From positions 96,312 through 160,311 of the forward strand of contig JBOEGF010000020.1 of assembly GCA_050633305.1 (NCBI GenBank): DNA of 64,000 bases, read 5' to 3'. The position numbers and the translations under genes were made by a program. A model generated the notes under the pieces. It was not told the origin of the DNA and searched no databases. It saw nothing but the letters and a program-made list of their open reading frames with translations. The DNA comes from Nannocystales bacterium. GTDB taxonomy: Bacteria > Myxococcota_A > Polyangia > Nannocystales > Nannocystaceae. This document shows positions 9,376 to 18,434 of this stretch, piece by piece; position 1 is the stretch's first letter, and every line of letters begins with the position of its first letter.

Positions 9376-9654
9376 GCTTGGCATGAACGCGCCGTACGGC
9401 ACTTTGCTGCGCGGCGTCGTGGCGTCGATGCCCCGGAATCCGATACCGGTCTCGCGACCGGTATCGGATGCTGCTGCCACCCGTCGCGGCACCGTCAGAA
9501 GAATCCCCTCCCCGTCGACCCCGAGGGGGACCCCCTCGTCGTAGACAGCGATCTCGCGGAAGTTGAGGCCTGCGTACGCCAGGAATGCGGAATCGCGAAA
9601 GCGACCCTCGATGTGCCGTTGGCCGAGGGTATCTTTGTCATGCGTCTTATCCAC
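9376..9654 (-). pseudogene. gene fragment of unknown family abutting relic B
   Basis: Protein-like open frame (DTLGQRHIEGRFRDSAFLAYAGLNFREIAVYDEG...) with no stop of its own, running into the relic; only ~30 bp from the divergent ATG 9684. Confidence 0.4.
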
Positions 9655-9683
9655 GGATTCTGGTTCCGACGCGCACTCAAGGC

Positions 9684-11231
9684 ATGGGACTTCGAACTTG
9701 GCGCCAACTGTGTGTCATCGCCGTGGTCGTGCCGTCCGGATGCGAGGCTGATCTACCGGCTGAATCCGCCGGAACGACGGGAAGCTCGGGGCTTGGCTCG
9801 TCGAGCAGCTCCGTCAGCGGCACGCCCAGCACCGAGCCCGATGCGCCGAACCCGACATCTTCAACCTCTGGCAATGACACGACATCGTCGGAGCTATCGA
9901 CGACCGGGGGCGAAACGACATCGTCGGGATCTTCGACGACCGAGGGTGCTTCGACGACCGGGGATGCTTCGACGACCGGGGATGCTTCGACGACCGAGGG
10001 TGCTTCGACGACCGGGGATGCTTCGACGACCGGGGATGCTTCGACGACCGGGGATGCTTCGACCGGCGGCACAGGCGAGAGCCCTTCCGATTGCGCGCCC
10101 GACGAAGACGCCCCTTTGGAAGCGTGCATCCCATGGGAGGTCTCGCTCGATCCCCTCGCGTCGCCAAGGTCGATCATCGCGCTCGCCAATGGGCGCATCG
10201 TGGTTGGCGGGGCGATGAACGAGGATGCTTGGTTTGCGGCTTACGGTGCGGGTGGAGTCCTCGAGTGGACCCATGTCCTCGACACGGTCGGGCACGGTCT
10301 TCCCGATCTCAATGAGGCTGTGGAGGACATGAAACCTCTGCCCAATTGTGGGATTGGGGTCTTGGTCAACCACTCCGCCGGGGTCTCGAATCAAGCCGAC
10401 ATCGTCTTGCGTCTCGACTCAGAGACTCCGTTGGTACCGTGGCTGCATCTCGTCGACGAAGACTACTTGCCGACGTTGGGGGGCCCATTTCAAACCGGCT
10501 ATTCGGTCAGGGGAATCGAAAACATCACCACGGACGAGTCGGGCAACATCTACGCTTCTGCGCAGCTGATCAACTTCGGCACCTCCGTCTATCCGAAGGT
10601 GCGGACTCAGCTGGCAGGAGCAGACGGCAGTGTCGCCTGGGCTGAGGTCTTCCAGTCCCCGGCCTACACTCCGGTCGCTTTCGCCCGAGAGTCCGACGAC
10701 CTCTGGGTCGAGCTCGCGCGTGGTGCCGGGGCAGTCGCGCCCGAGGCGTGGGGGCGGATTTCCGTCTCAGTTCTCACCAACTGGAGCGCAGTGGGGAGCA
10801 TGTCCGCGGAGGATATTATTCCGGACCCCATCGACTTCGTCCCGTGGGGCCTCGCTCCACTGGGCGATGACGCATTCGTATCGTTCTTCCACGGGCTCGT
10901 CGATGACCCCGGAGAAGGTTGGGTCACCAGAGCGGGCGTCGCCGTCAGCTCCGTTGACGGGGTCTTGGAGTCCTACACGCCGATCGACGCCAACCTAGCG
11001 AGGGGGCTTTCGGCCGGCGTGGATTCCAATGGTGGCGTTTTCGCACGTTGGGGGCAGGACCCCGAGGACAACGCGCCTCAGCTGATCCACGTCGACCCCG
11101 ACGGAAGTATTTCGTTCCACTTGCCGCGAGAACCGGGAGCCCCCGCGATCATCGACCTTGCGGTCGGACAAAGCGACGGAGTGATCATGCTGACGGAAAG
11201 CAACACGCTCGTGAAGGCGTGCATCGAGTAG
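9684..11231 (+). CDS. lipoprotein with Ser/Thr-rich repeat stalk and probable beta-propeller
   Basis: Signal MGLRTWRQLCVIAVVVPSGC, STTGDA repeats, GRIVVGG / DESGNIY / DSNGGVF propeller-type motifs. Confidence 0.8.
   Translation: MGLRTWRQLCVIAVVVPSGCEADLPAESAGTTGSSGLGSSSSSVSGTPSTEPDAPNPTSSTSGNDTTSSELSTTGGETTSSGSSTTEGASTTGDASTTGDASTTEGASTTGDASTTGDASTTGDASTGGTGESPSDCAPDEDAPLEACIPWEVSLDPLASPRSIIALANGRIVVGGAMNEDAWFAAYGAGGVLEWTHVLDTVGHGLPDLNEAVEDMKPLPNCGIGVLVNHSAGVSNQADIVLRLDSETPLVPWLHLVDEDYLPTLGGPFQTGYSVRGIENITTDESGNIYASAQLINFGTSVYPKVRTQLAGADGSVAWAEVFQSPAYTPVAFARESDDLWVELARGAGAVAPEAWGRISVSVLTNWSAVGSMSAEDIIPDPIDFVPWGLAPLGDDAFVSFFHGLVDDPGEGWVTRAGVAVSSVDGVLESYTPIDANLARGLSAGVDSNGGVFARWGQDPEDNAPQLIHVDPDGSISFHLPREPGAPAIIDLAVGQSDGVIMLTESNTLVKACIE
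9931..10063 (+). repeat. 18-bp coding tandem repeat, 7 units plus a partial unit (STTEGA/STTGDA)
   Basis: CTTCGACGACCG(A/G)GG(G/A)TG units in the order E,G,G,E,G,G,G. Confidence 0.95.
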
Positions 11232-11309
11232 GACATGCCACGATTTGTCCCGCACGACGAAGCTGAGCCTACTCGAGCACCAACGTCGGTATCCGTCCGA
11301 CGAACCGCG

Positions 11310-11362
11310 TCGGGAGACGAAGATCCCGGTCGGAACCGTGAAGTCGCGTCTGGGCCGGGCGC
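11310..11362 (+). pseudogene. fragment of ECF sigma factor region 4
   Basis: Reads ETKIPVGTVKSRLGRA with no upstream region 2. Confidence 0.6.
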
Positions 11363-11535
11363 AGGCCGACGCGGCGGGGGCCAAGCACCGTGAAGCTCGG
11401 CCGCGATGTTCTCGGGCGTGCTGACGAAGCGAGTGATCTTCATGGCACCGCTGCAGCGTGCCACACCTCGAAACGCGGCCCGAGGCGAGCCGGGCGAGGG
11501 CGCCCGATGAGACTGGACCGGCCTACCCAGGGGCG
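11350..11535 (-). mobile_element. IS91/ISCR-family relic D: degenerate transposase C-terminal fragment
   Basis: ARCSGAMKITRFVSTPENIAAELHGAWPPPRRPAPG, homologous to copies A and C but more diverged; no ori end. Confidence 0.75.
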
Positions 11536-11750
11536 ATGAATCGCTCGTGATCCACCGCGCCGGGATTCACCGCGGGCTGCTTGGCTCGCGCAGGGCCTCG
11601 AGAGTCCCGGCAGCCTCGGCCGATCCGGGTCGCTCGATTCCCCGTATTCGGTTGGCAACTTGTACATCACATCCCCACGACCGTGAATCACACGACTCAC
11701 CCCCTTCGCCTCCTCGCGGTCTCGTGCGCCGCTCTATTCGCCCTTGCCGC

Positions 11751-13199
11751 TCAGTGGCAGCCTTCGCGCCCGCAGATCTCCGAGAGAGCGTCGCGGACCT
11801 CATACGCCGCGGCGAGGGTCGCATCCAGGTTCGCTTCGACCTGTTCGAACTCGGCCGCGCGAACCTCCTGCGGGTCGTCTACGCCCGGTTGGGTCAAGCC
11901 GTAGCCCGGCGGACGGACAACGATCACGTAGGGTCCGTACGACTGCTCGGGGCCGGGCAGAATCAGGGGGTCAAGCCCTCCTTGGGGCGGTGAGAGGACA
12001 AAATCTCCGTCTTCTCCGTCGTCCACACCCGGTTGGGTCAGGCCGTCTCCAGGCTTGCTGTCCGGCAGCTCGCCGCCTCCGTTGCCGCAACCGTCGACGT
12101 CGGGATTGCACGGCGTGCTCGCCTCGTCCGTATCGTCCCCGCCGGTGGTGTCGTCGCCGGTCGTAGTGTCACTCCCAGTCGTGTCTCCACCCGTGGTGTC
12201 TCCGCCGGTGGTGTCTCCACCCGTGGTGGTGTCGTCCCCTCCGGTCGTGTCTCCACCCGTGGTGTCTCCACCCGTGGTGTCTCCACCCGTGGTGGTGTCG
12301 TCCCCTCCGGTGGTGCCGTCAGCGTCGTCGGGAAAGAGCTCGATCGGGGGGTCCGCGTCCGCACCGGTGCACGAGTTGCCTTCACAAAAGATGAAGTCAG
12401 GGCAATCTCCGCTGCAGATGATGGTTGTTTCGGAGTCGTCGCCGCCGTCCGTGGTCACCTCATCGGAGCTGTCAGAGCCTTGGCACGAGTTGCCCTCGCA
12501 GTCGATGAACGCTGGGCAGTCGCCGTGGCAGAGGACCCCCGGTCCCGAGTACTCGTCGCCACCGTCGAACAACGCTCCGCTCGCGAAGGGTGCCCAGCCG
12601 CTATCCGGGGTCCCGCTCGGCGCGGTGTCGACGAGCGTATCGAGCCAAAGGCCTGTGCCCTGGCGCTCAACCTGTGCGCCGATCGATGCGAGTACGCCGC
12701 CCAATGCCTCTTCAAAGGTGGCTGCACCCGGGGCCTTGCCGCCTTGACCCTTGTCGAGGCCCTGGAGGCCTTCGTGAAGCACGCCGTTGCTGGCGACGCC
12801 CTCCAGATACGCTTCCGCCAATGCGGTGGTCCATTGCAAGGACTCCAGAGCAAGTCGTGGGTCTGCTGCACTCAAGATATCTTCGGGGGATGCCGACAGT
12901 GCTTCATGCAGCGCCGCCATTGTGACGTTCGTCTCACCAATGGCGGCTTCGACCGACACGTCGTCACGTTCGCCGAGTTCTTCCTCGGTTGGGATGGCCA
13001 CAACCGCGGCCTCCGCCACAAGCTCCAATGTGTTCAGGTCTTGGATGACGACGACGACGGCATCGGAAGTCTCTCCCTCGTTGTCTTCCTCGGCGTTTGC
13101 GCGCGGCACGAGGGCCAGCAGCGAGGCCGCGAGCGCCACTTTTGCGGCTGGGTTCTTCAGTTTTTCGCTCCACACGTTTCGTAGGGATTGCTTCTTCAC
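11751..13199 (-). CDS. secreted acidic protein with duplicated Cys motif and GGDTT repeats
   Basis: GAGGAG RBS, signal peptide (VALAASLLALVPRANA), 2x C.GDCP.FI.CEGNSC.G, 2x GLTQPGVDD. Confidence 0.8.
   Translation of the reverse strand: MKKQSLRNVWSEKLKNPAAKVALAASLLALVPRANAEEDNEGETSDAVVVVIQDLNTLELVAEAAVVAIPTEEELGERDDVSVEAAIGETNVTMAALHEALSASPEDILSAADPRLALESLQWTTALAEAYLEGVASNGVLHEGLQGLDKGQGGKAPGAATFEEALGGVLASIGAQVERQGTGLWLDTLVDTAPSGTPDSGWAPFASGALFDGGDEYSGPGVLCHGDCPAFIDCEGNSCQGSDSSDEVTTDGGDDSETTIICSGDCPDFIFCEGNSCTGADADPPIELFPDDADGTTGGDDTTTGGDTTGGDTTGGDTTGGDDTTTGGDTTGGDTTGGDTTGSDTTTGDDTTGGDDTDEASTPCNPDVDGCGNGGGELPDSKPGDGLTQPGVDDGEDGDFVLSPPQGGLDPLILPGPEQSYGPYVIVVRPPGYGLTQPGVDDPQEVRAAEFEQVEANLDATLAAAYEVRDALSEICGREGCH
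12130..12315 (-). repeat. coding tandem repeat based on a 15-bp GGDTT unit with longer GGDDTTT variants
   Basis: Repeated GTGTCTCCACCCGTG on the + strand. Confidence 0.9.
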
Positions 13200-13355
13200 A
13201 GAGTTTCTCCTCGAGCCTCTCGACTCGAGGGCGTGGTTCGGTACAGCGCGTCCGTGATCACGAGAAACTCAAAAATCACACCGGCCGATCTACGCAATTC
13301 GCGTTGACTCTATGTCGAATGCTCGAGGCGAGTCAGCCGCAGCATCCGCAGAAAG

Positions 13356-13370
13356 GCAAGTCGAGTGCCA
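13356..13370 (-). promoter_or_regulatory. sigma54 (-24/-12) promoter
   Basis: TGGCAC-TCGAC-TTGC, exact match to TGGCAC-N5-TTGC, upstream of the 13199 start. Confidence 0.7.
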
Positions 13371-13375
13371 TGGGG

Positions 13376-13655
13376 AGCGTTTAAGCGAAATGAAGTTGAA
13401 AACAAAAGCTGATGCGCCGGAGCACGGCTTCCCGCCGCCGAGCCGCGGAGGGCGGTGATGGCGCAGAAGCGGAGGTGGACAGGGGTCGGAGCGAAGGCGT
13501 GGGGCGAAAAAGCGGGGCCCGAAGCGAGCGCCGAGCCCCGAGGGCACACCGGCCCACGCCGCGGTGGCCGAGCACCGTGAAGCTCGGCGGCGATGTCCTG
13601 CGGCGTGGTGACGGCTCGAGCCACCCGCATCGGCCCACAACAGCGGGCGCACAGC
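13376..13655 (-). mobile_element. IS91/ISCR-family relic C: tnp C-terminal fragment plus putative oriIS, with a 99-bp internal deletion
   Basis: LCARCCGPMRVARAVTTPQDIAAELHGARPPRRGPV; lacks the segment equal to 7287-7385 of copy A (GC microhomology); ends ACTTCATTTCGCTTAAACGCT. Confidence 0.8.
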
Positions 13656-13727
13656 ATGTGCGATGGGGTTTCGGGCAACCCGATCGCGATCAATGAGATG
13701 ATGAGCAACGAGGGATGAACCCGTGTT

Positions 13728-14144
13728 GTGACCGAAACCGACCGTGAGCCGCGTCCCGGGGTCAATCCACACGACACCTACGCGTCGTCGGGTTTTCGCT
13801 TTCTGATTGAGGTTGCGGCCTGGGTCGGCGGCCCCTGGGCTGCGGTTGATCTTCTCGGGGCATGGTGGGCTGCGATCCCGACCGCGTTGGTGCTCCTGTT
13901 GCTCCCCGCCGTCTTCAATACGCCTGGCGACAAGAAGATCACCGGGGTCCCCACACTCGGGCCGGTCCGGATCGGCATCGAAGCCCTGCTTCTCGGCACG
14001 GCGGTCTACAGCGCGTGGCAAGTCTGGCAGCCATGGCTTGCGATCGTTGTGACGCTGTCGGGCGGGCTGATGGTCTTGCTTGGCATTCCCCGATACCGGT
14101 GGCTTCTTCGGAGGCCCCCGACGGGCGAGTCTGCGAACAGCTGA
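13728..14144 (+). CDS. small membrane protein, YrdB/DUF2568-like
   Basis: RFLIE motif, FNTPGD loop, R..IE motif, four hydrophobic segments. Confidence 0.65.
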   Translation: MTETDREPRPGVNPHDTYASSGFRFLIEVAAWVGGPWAAVDLLGAWWAAIPTALVLLLLPAVFNTPGDKKITGVPTLGPVRIGIEALLLGTAVYSAWQVWQPWLAIVVTLSGGLMVLLGIPRYRWLLRRPPTGESANS

Positions 14145-14346
14145 CTGGCTCTGGTCGTATCCAGCCCTGGTCCGCACCGAACAGCTTCTCCGGGACAGGT
14201 CTACGGCAACCCTTCGGTCTCGATGTAGCTCCAGCAGGACTCAAAGAGCTGTTCGTGCCATCGGTTCGTCCTCAACGTCTTCCGATGCGCCCTCCACCGG
14301 ATTCTCGTCGTCCCCGCCTCTCTCTCACTCCACGAGCCGCACGTCC

Positions 14347-15666
14347 TCAGCCGCCCCACAGAGCAACGAGGTCTGCCACCGTCTCCCGGCGCTTGAGCGT
14401 CGTGAATCGTGTACTGCCAGAGAACCCATGCATCGCGGGCATGGCACGGCTGCAGTGCCGCGACCAAAGCGAGAGCGTGTAGGCCCCCGTGTCGCGCACC
14501 ACGAGCCAGTCACCCACCGCAGGCGAGGGGAGCGAGCACGCACCGGCGATGATGTCCCCGCCGAAACACAGAGGTCCAGCCACCGTCACGGTCTTCGGCT
14601 CTGCCTGCTTGGGTCGGCCATGCTCGTCGAGAAGGAGGAGCTCGTGCGGCCAATGTTGTGGTTGGTAGACAGGTCGCATGAACGCATCGGCGCCAAGGTG
14701 GATGACGGCGAACTGTGTGCCCTCGACCTCTTTCATGTACTCGATCCGGCTCACGGCGAACCCGCAGTTTGCGTGAACCGCCCTGCCGAACTCGGTCGCG
14801 AGCGGGCGCGTATGCAGCCCCTCGATAGCGAACAGAGACTCGACGTAGGCTTCGAGGCTGGGCGGGTTGTCCGACTCGAGATACGCAGTGGGCAACCCAC
14901 CGCCGACGTCGATGGCGATGCTGCTTGGCGGACGCTCCAGCTCTGCCTCGATCTCCGCTGCGAGCGCGACGGCAACTGCGGCCCCCTCGCTCAACTTGCT
15001 GAGCGCGCAGCCTTGGCTACCCACATGGACGTGCAGAGCTCCGAGCCACGGGTACTGGTCAAAGAGCTGCACGATCTCGGCACGCTGCGAAACAGGCATG
15101 CCAAACTTCGAGGCACGGTCACCGACACTGGTTGTGGGGATCGAGCCTGCGCCCACCAAGGGGTTGATGCGTAGGCCGACAACGCCTGTCGGTCGGCCGT
15201 GGGCCTCCACCCAGCGAGCCACACGAGCGAGCTCATCGGGATTGTCGGCGTTCAGCCAAAGCCCGCGATGCAGCGCCAGGTCAATCTCGGCTCCTGACTT
15301 CGCGGGGGAGTCGAAAATGATTTTCTCGGGGGGGCAGCCCGCGGCGAGACACAACTCGACCTCTTCCATGGACGCGCATTCGAGACCGCAACCGCGGTCC
15401 ACGAGATGGCGCAGCAGTGGCACCGCGGGGTTGGCCTTGACCGCGATTCCATGGAGCGTCGAAGCTGGAAACAAACTCTGAAGTCGCCCCACCCGGGCGT
15501 CCAACCGATCGAGGTCGTGGAAGAACGCCGCGCAGTCACTCAGCAAGCGTTCATCCAGGGCATCGCACACCACGGCGGAGATCTTCGCCGGGGAGATGCG
15601 AGCGCCCCAACGGCCGAGCTCATCGGTCCTAGGCGTCGTCACGGCGACCCCCTGTCTGAGCGACAT
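14347..15666 (-). CDS. PLP-dependent fold-III decarboxylase (Orn/DAP/Arg family, LysA-like)
   Basis: AVKANP (PLP lysine), ECAS, HVHVGSQ, DVGGG, EFGR, GPLCFGGD, DTGAY. Confidence 0.9.
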   Translation of the reverse strand: MSLRQGVAVTTPRTDELGRWGARISPAKISAVVCDALDERLLSDCAAFFHDLDRLDARVGRLQSLFPASTLHGIAVKANPAVPLLRHLVDRGCGLECASMEEVELCLAAGCPPEKIIFDSPAKSGAEIDLALHRGLWLNADNPDELARVARWVEAHGRPTGVVGLRINPLVGAGSIPTTSVGDRASKFGMPVSQRAEIVQLFDQYPWLGALHVHVGSQGCALSKLSEGAAVAVALAAEIEAELERPPSSIAIDVGGGLPTAYLESDNPPSLEAYVESLFAIEGLHTRPLATEFGRAVHANCGFAVSRIEYMKEVEGTQFAVIHLGADAFMRPVYQPQHWPHELLLLDEHGRPKQAEPKTVTVAGPLCFGGDIIAGACSLPSPAVGDWLVVRDTGAYTLSLWSRHCSRAMPAMHGFSGSTRFTTLKRRETVADLVALWGG

Positions 15667-17302
15667 CCTGCGCCGTCAAGGCGTCGGCATGATCAACGAT
15701 CAGCTCGAGCTTGCGTCGCAGTCGCACCAGACCAGCCTCGAGCCAAGCAATCCGGAGGTCTAGAGTTTCTCCGAGCGCGGTCTCCTCACCGACCCTCAGC
15801 ATGAGCGCTGCGCCCAAGGCGATCCGTAGGACGGCCAGGCCTCCTGACTCGCTGAGCACGACGGGCTGCCCAATGTGAAACGGCTCGGCAACGATCGCAG
15901 CGTCGGCCTCACCCAGGCCGGGGAGTCGGCCAGACAGGTCCTGGTTGACCCAGTGGAAGACCCTCCTGAGTTGTGCTTTCCCGAAGTGCGCGCGCTCGCC
16001 CTGTGGCGGATAGAGCCAGAATGGGTAGACCGTTCTCTTCGACTCCAAGACCCGGTCGACCCTGTCGGCGCCGAGAGGTGGCGCGAGCTGGTCGAGGGTG
16101 ATGTACGGGGAAGCTCCAAGCGTTCGGGGGACGATGGACTCGAAGGCGCGCAGGATCTTGAGGCGCACATCAGCATCGAGTTGGTAGTACGCCTCGAGCT
16201 CGACGAGGGCAGCCGTCCAGCGCAAGAGCAAGCCCAAGTTCGGCGGGGTCGGCAGCTGCGCACGGAGCTGCTCCCATTCGGTCGGCAGCTCGCTGGCGGT
16301 GAAGTAGTCCGCCATGCCCTCCGACAACGGGAGCCCGCTTGGGGGTGGGTCCAGTTCGGGCGGCACCAGAAGCGCGCCTGAGAAAGGCGGACCGCCGTAG
16401 AACTTTGAGCCGGTGAACAAGACCATGTATCCGGCATCGAGCACATCAGCGAGGCCTCGGCGACTGACCCGTCCTTGAGCCGCATCCACCAGCACATGAA
16501 CCTGCTCGGGCGCCTTGGCCCGCAGACGCTGAACGCAAGCGAGCGTTGGGGCATGGGCGCCGGTCTTACTGTGCGCGACGACGTGCACCAACACCCGGGC
16601 CCCCTCGGCGAGTCCACGGTCCACGAGGCGTTCAACTTCGGCATCGAGCTCAGCTTCGGGGATGACCAAGCCGTCGCGTCCCCGTAGCCCGACGGAGACG
16701 ACCTCGATTTCGCTCGCGCTCCCCCCCTTGAGGAAGTCACCGCTGCGGCGGGACTCCCCGCGCGGCGTCTGTGCTCCGAAGTGTTGACCACCCGCTGCCA
16801 AAACGGTGCCGCTGCCGACCTCTCGCGGAGCGACGACGATGTTGAGCAGCCGCGCCGTCGCTCCGCGAGCCAAAGTCGCAGCCAGGTACTCTGCGTCGGT
16901 CCCCGACGGGGTGAGAACCACCCACGTGCCCTCGACCCGATCGAAACGCATGACAGCGGAGAGCCGCTGACGTAGCTCGAGGAACCGCTGGTGGACCAGA
17001 TCCCAGAGCCCACCCAGGTCCCCGGCCTGAGCCTTGAGTTCATCGTAGACCCGACCCGCCGCAGCGTATGCACGCGGTGAGATCGACGACGCGGTACACG
17101 ACCCGAGCGCGAGTGCAGCTACGGGTTGGGGTGAGCAGCCGTACTGGTTGCGTCCCGTGTCGCGGCACAACGCAAGACGCTCGTCGCCTCCGGCAAGTAG
17201 GGTTTCCGGAAGCGAGCGAGCAAGAAGCTCGAGTTCGTGGTCGAGAAAGTCAGTTGGGTCGCCGGTGCCACCTGAGAACGCCAAGGCTAATGGTCGGGTC
17301 AC
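15629..17302 (-). CDS. uncharacterised fold-type I PLP-dependent enzyme (class V aminotransferase-like)
   Basis: TPSGTDAE, HSKTG, VLVDAAQGR, FTGSKFYGGPPFSGAL motifs; stop overlaps the decarboxylase start. Confidence 0.8.
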   Translation of the reverse strand: MTRPLALAFSGGTGDPTDFLDHELELLARSLPETLLAGGDERLALCRDTGRNQYGCSPQPVAALALGSCTASSISPRAYAAAGRVYDELKAQAGDLGGLWDLVHQRFLELRQRLSAVMRFDRVEGTWVVLTPSGTDAEYLAATLARGATARLLNIVVAPREVGSGTVLAAGGQHFGAQTPRGESRRSGDFLKGGSASEIEVVSVGLRGRDGLVIPEAELDAEVERLVDRGLAEGARVLVHVVAHSKTGAHAPTLACVQRLRAKAPEQVHVLVDAAQGRVSRRGLADVLDAGYMVLFTGSKFYGGPPFSGALLVPPELDPPPSGLPLSEGMADYFTASELPTEWEQLRAQLPTPPNLGLLLRWTAALVELEAYYQLDADVRLKILRAFESIVPRTLGASPYITLDQLAPPLGADRVDRVLESKRTVYPFWLYPPQGERAHFGKAQLRRVFHWVNQDLSGRLPGLGEADAAIVAEPFHIGQPVVLSESGGLAVLRIALGAALMLRVGEETALGETLDLRIAWLEAGLVRLRRKLELIVDHADALTAQDVAQTGGRRDDA

Positions 17303-17514
17303 GAGCGCGGGACGCTAACACGGCCCCTCGGACCAAGGCTCCTGTCCCACGGCCGTGCGCAGGCGGCTGCGTGCTCGGTCACGGGCCGGACCCCATCCCT
17401 GCCGCGCGAACAACGAGGTCGACAGCGGCGTCCGCTAGGCCTTCATGGAAACGATCTCACCGCCGTTGAGCGGCGCATCCCCGAGGAGTCGGTCGGGGGT
17501 TCGCGAGAAGACCC

Positions 17515-18060
17515 TCAGTCGACATCAAACTCGTCGGCCAGGATTCCGAACCACGCCAAGTCGTGCCGTACGCCACGCTTGACGACGTGTTGGCGCAGCG
17601 TGCCCTCCTTGGTCATGCCCACGTTCGCCATGACCCTGCCGGAGGCGACGTTTGTGGCCATGTGGTGTGCGTGGATCCGCCGCAGCCCGATGGAGAATCC
17701 ATGCCCAACCACGGCGCGTGCCGCCTCGGTGCAGTAGCCGTTCCCCCAATGGGGGACCCCCACCCAGTAGCCAAGCTCGGCGAGCAGCGTCTCTGGATCG
17801 ATCGTAAGGCCGATCGCTCCGACGAGCTCGCCCGACGTGGCCAACGTGATCGCAAAGTTGTGCAGCGTTCCTTCGTCGAACAGGCGCTTGTGGGTGGAGA
17901 TCCACGCTTCCGCCATGCCGTCCTCGTACGGGTGAGGGACGTTGAGGGTCGTCGCGGCGATCCGGTCGTCCCCAGCGAGACGCTGCACATCGTCAGCATC
18001 CGCGAGGGCGAAGGGGCGCAGGAGGAGTCGCGCGGTGGAGAGAGTCGGTCGCTCGGGCAT
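17515..18060 (-). CDS. RimJ/RimL-family GNAT N-acetyltransferase
   Basis: L.T.RL.LRP, ELGYW, WGNGYCTEA, N.AS.RV..VGM..EG.LR. Confidence 0.9.
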   Translation of the reverse strand: MPERPTLSTARLLLRPFALADADDVQRLAGDDRIAATTLNVPHPYEDGMAEAWISTHKRLFDEGTLHNFAITLATSGELVGAIGLTIDPETLLAELGYWVGVPHWGNGYCTEAARAVVGHGFSIGLRRIHAHHMATNVASGRVMANVGMTKEGTLRQHVVKRGVRHDLAWFGILADEFDVD

Positions 18061-18434
18061 GCGTCTCCTGCCGTAGGAGACAGAACCCTACCTCAGACGG
18101 TCCGGCCCTGCGTGACTCACCAGACCGGTCCCCGACGTCGAGCTCCTTGCGACCGCGGAGGTCGAGCCCCAGTGGGCGAAGCCCCCACGAGCGCCGTCAG
18201 CGATTCATGCTCGCGCCAACCGGACCGTCAGATAGCCCACCGTGATGGGAGTGCCATCGATGTTTCGGACCTCTCGGGGACTCTCCCAGCGGGTCGCGAT
18301 GAGGCCTCCGCGACATGGCACGTCACGGCACGCAAGATGCGCGTTGAGCCCTGGGCACGTCGGCAGACCGAGACGTCGCTACACGGAGGACTTCTCGGGG
18401 AATGTCCCCGCATGCTCAGACGTAGGGGCCGGCC

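Noticed and set aside
9931..10063. 18-bp repeat read as a CRISPR array
   Set aside because: No spacers; it is an in-frame coding repeat.
7136..13655. Dispersed ~200-400 bp repeats read as a CRISPR array, integron attC sites or a structured ncRNA
   Set aside because: They are too long and irregular for CRISPR, show no attC-type inverted core sites, have no cas or intI nearby, and are contiguous with IS91 transposase C-terminal codons.
14347..15666. Assigning the gene symbol lysA
   Set aside because: The family is clear but the substrate is not: the specificity motif differs and the context is not lysine biosynthesis.
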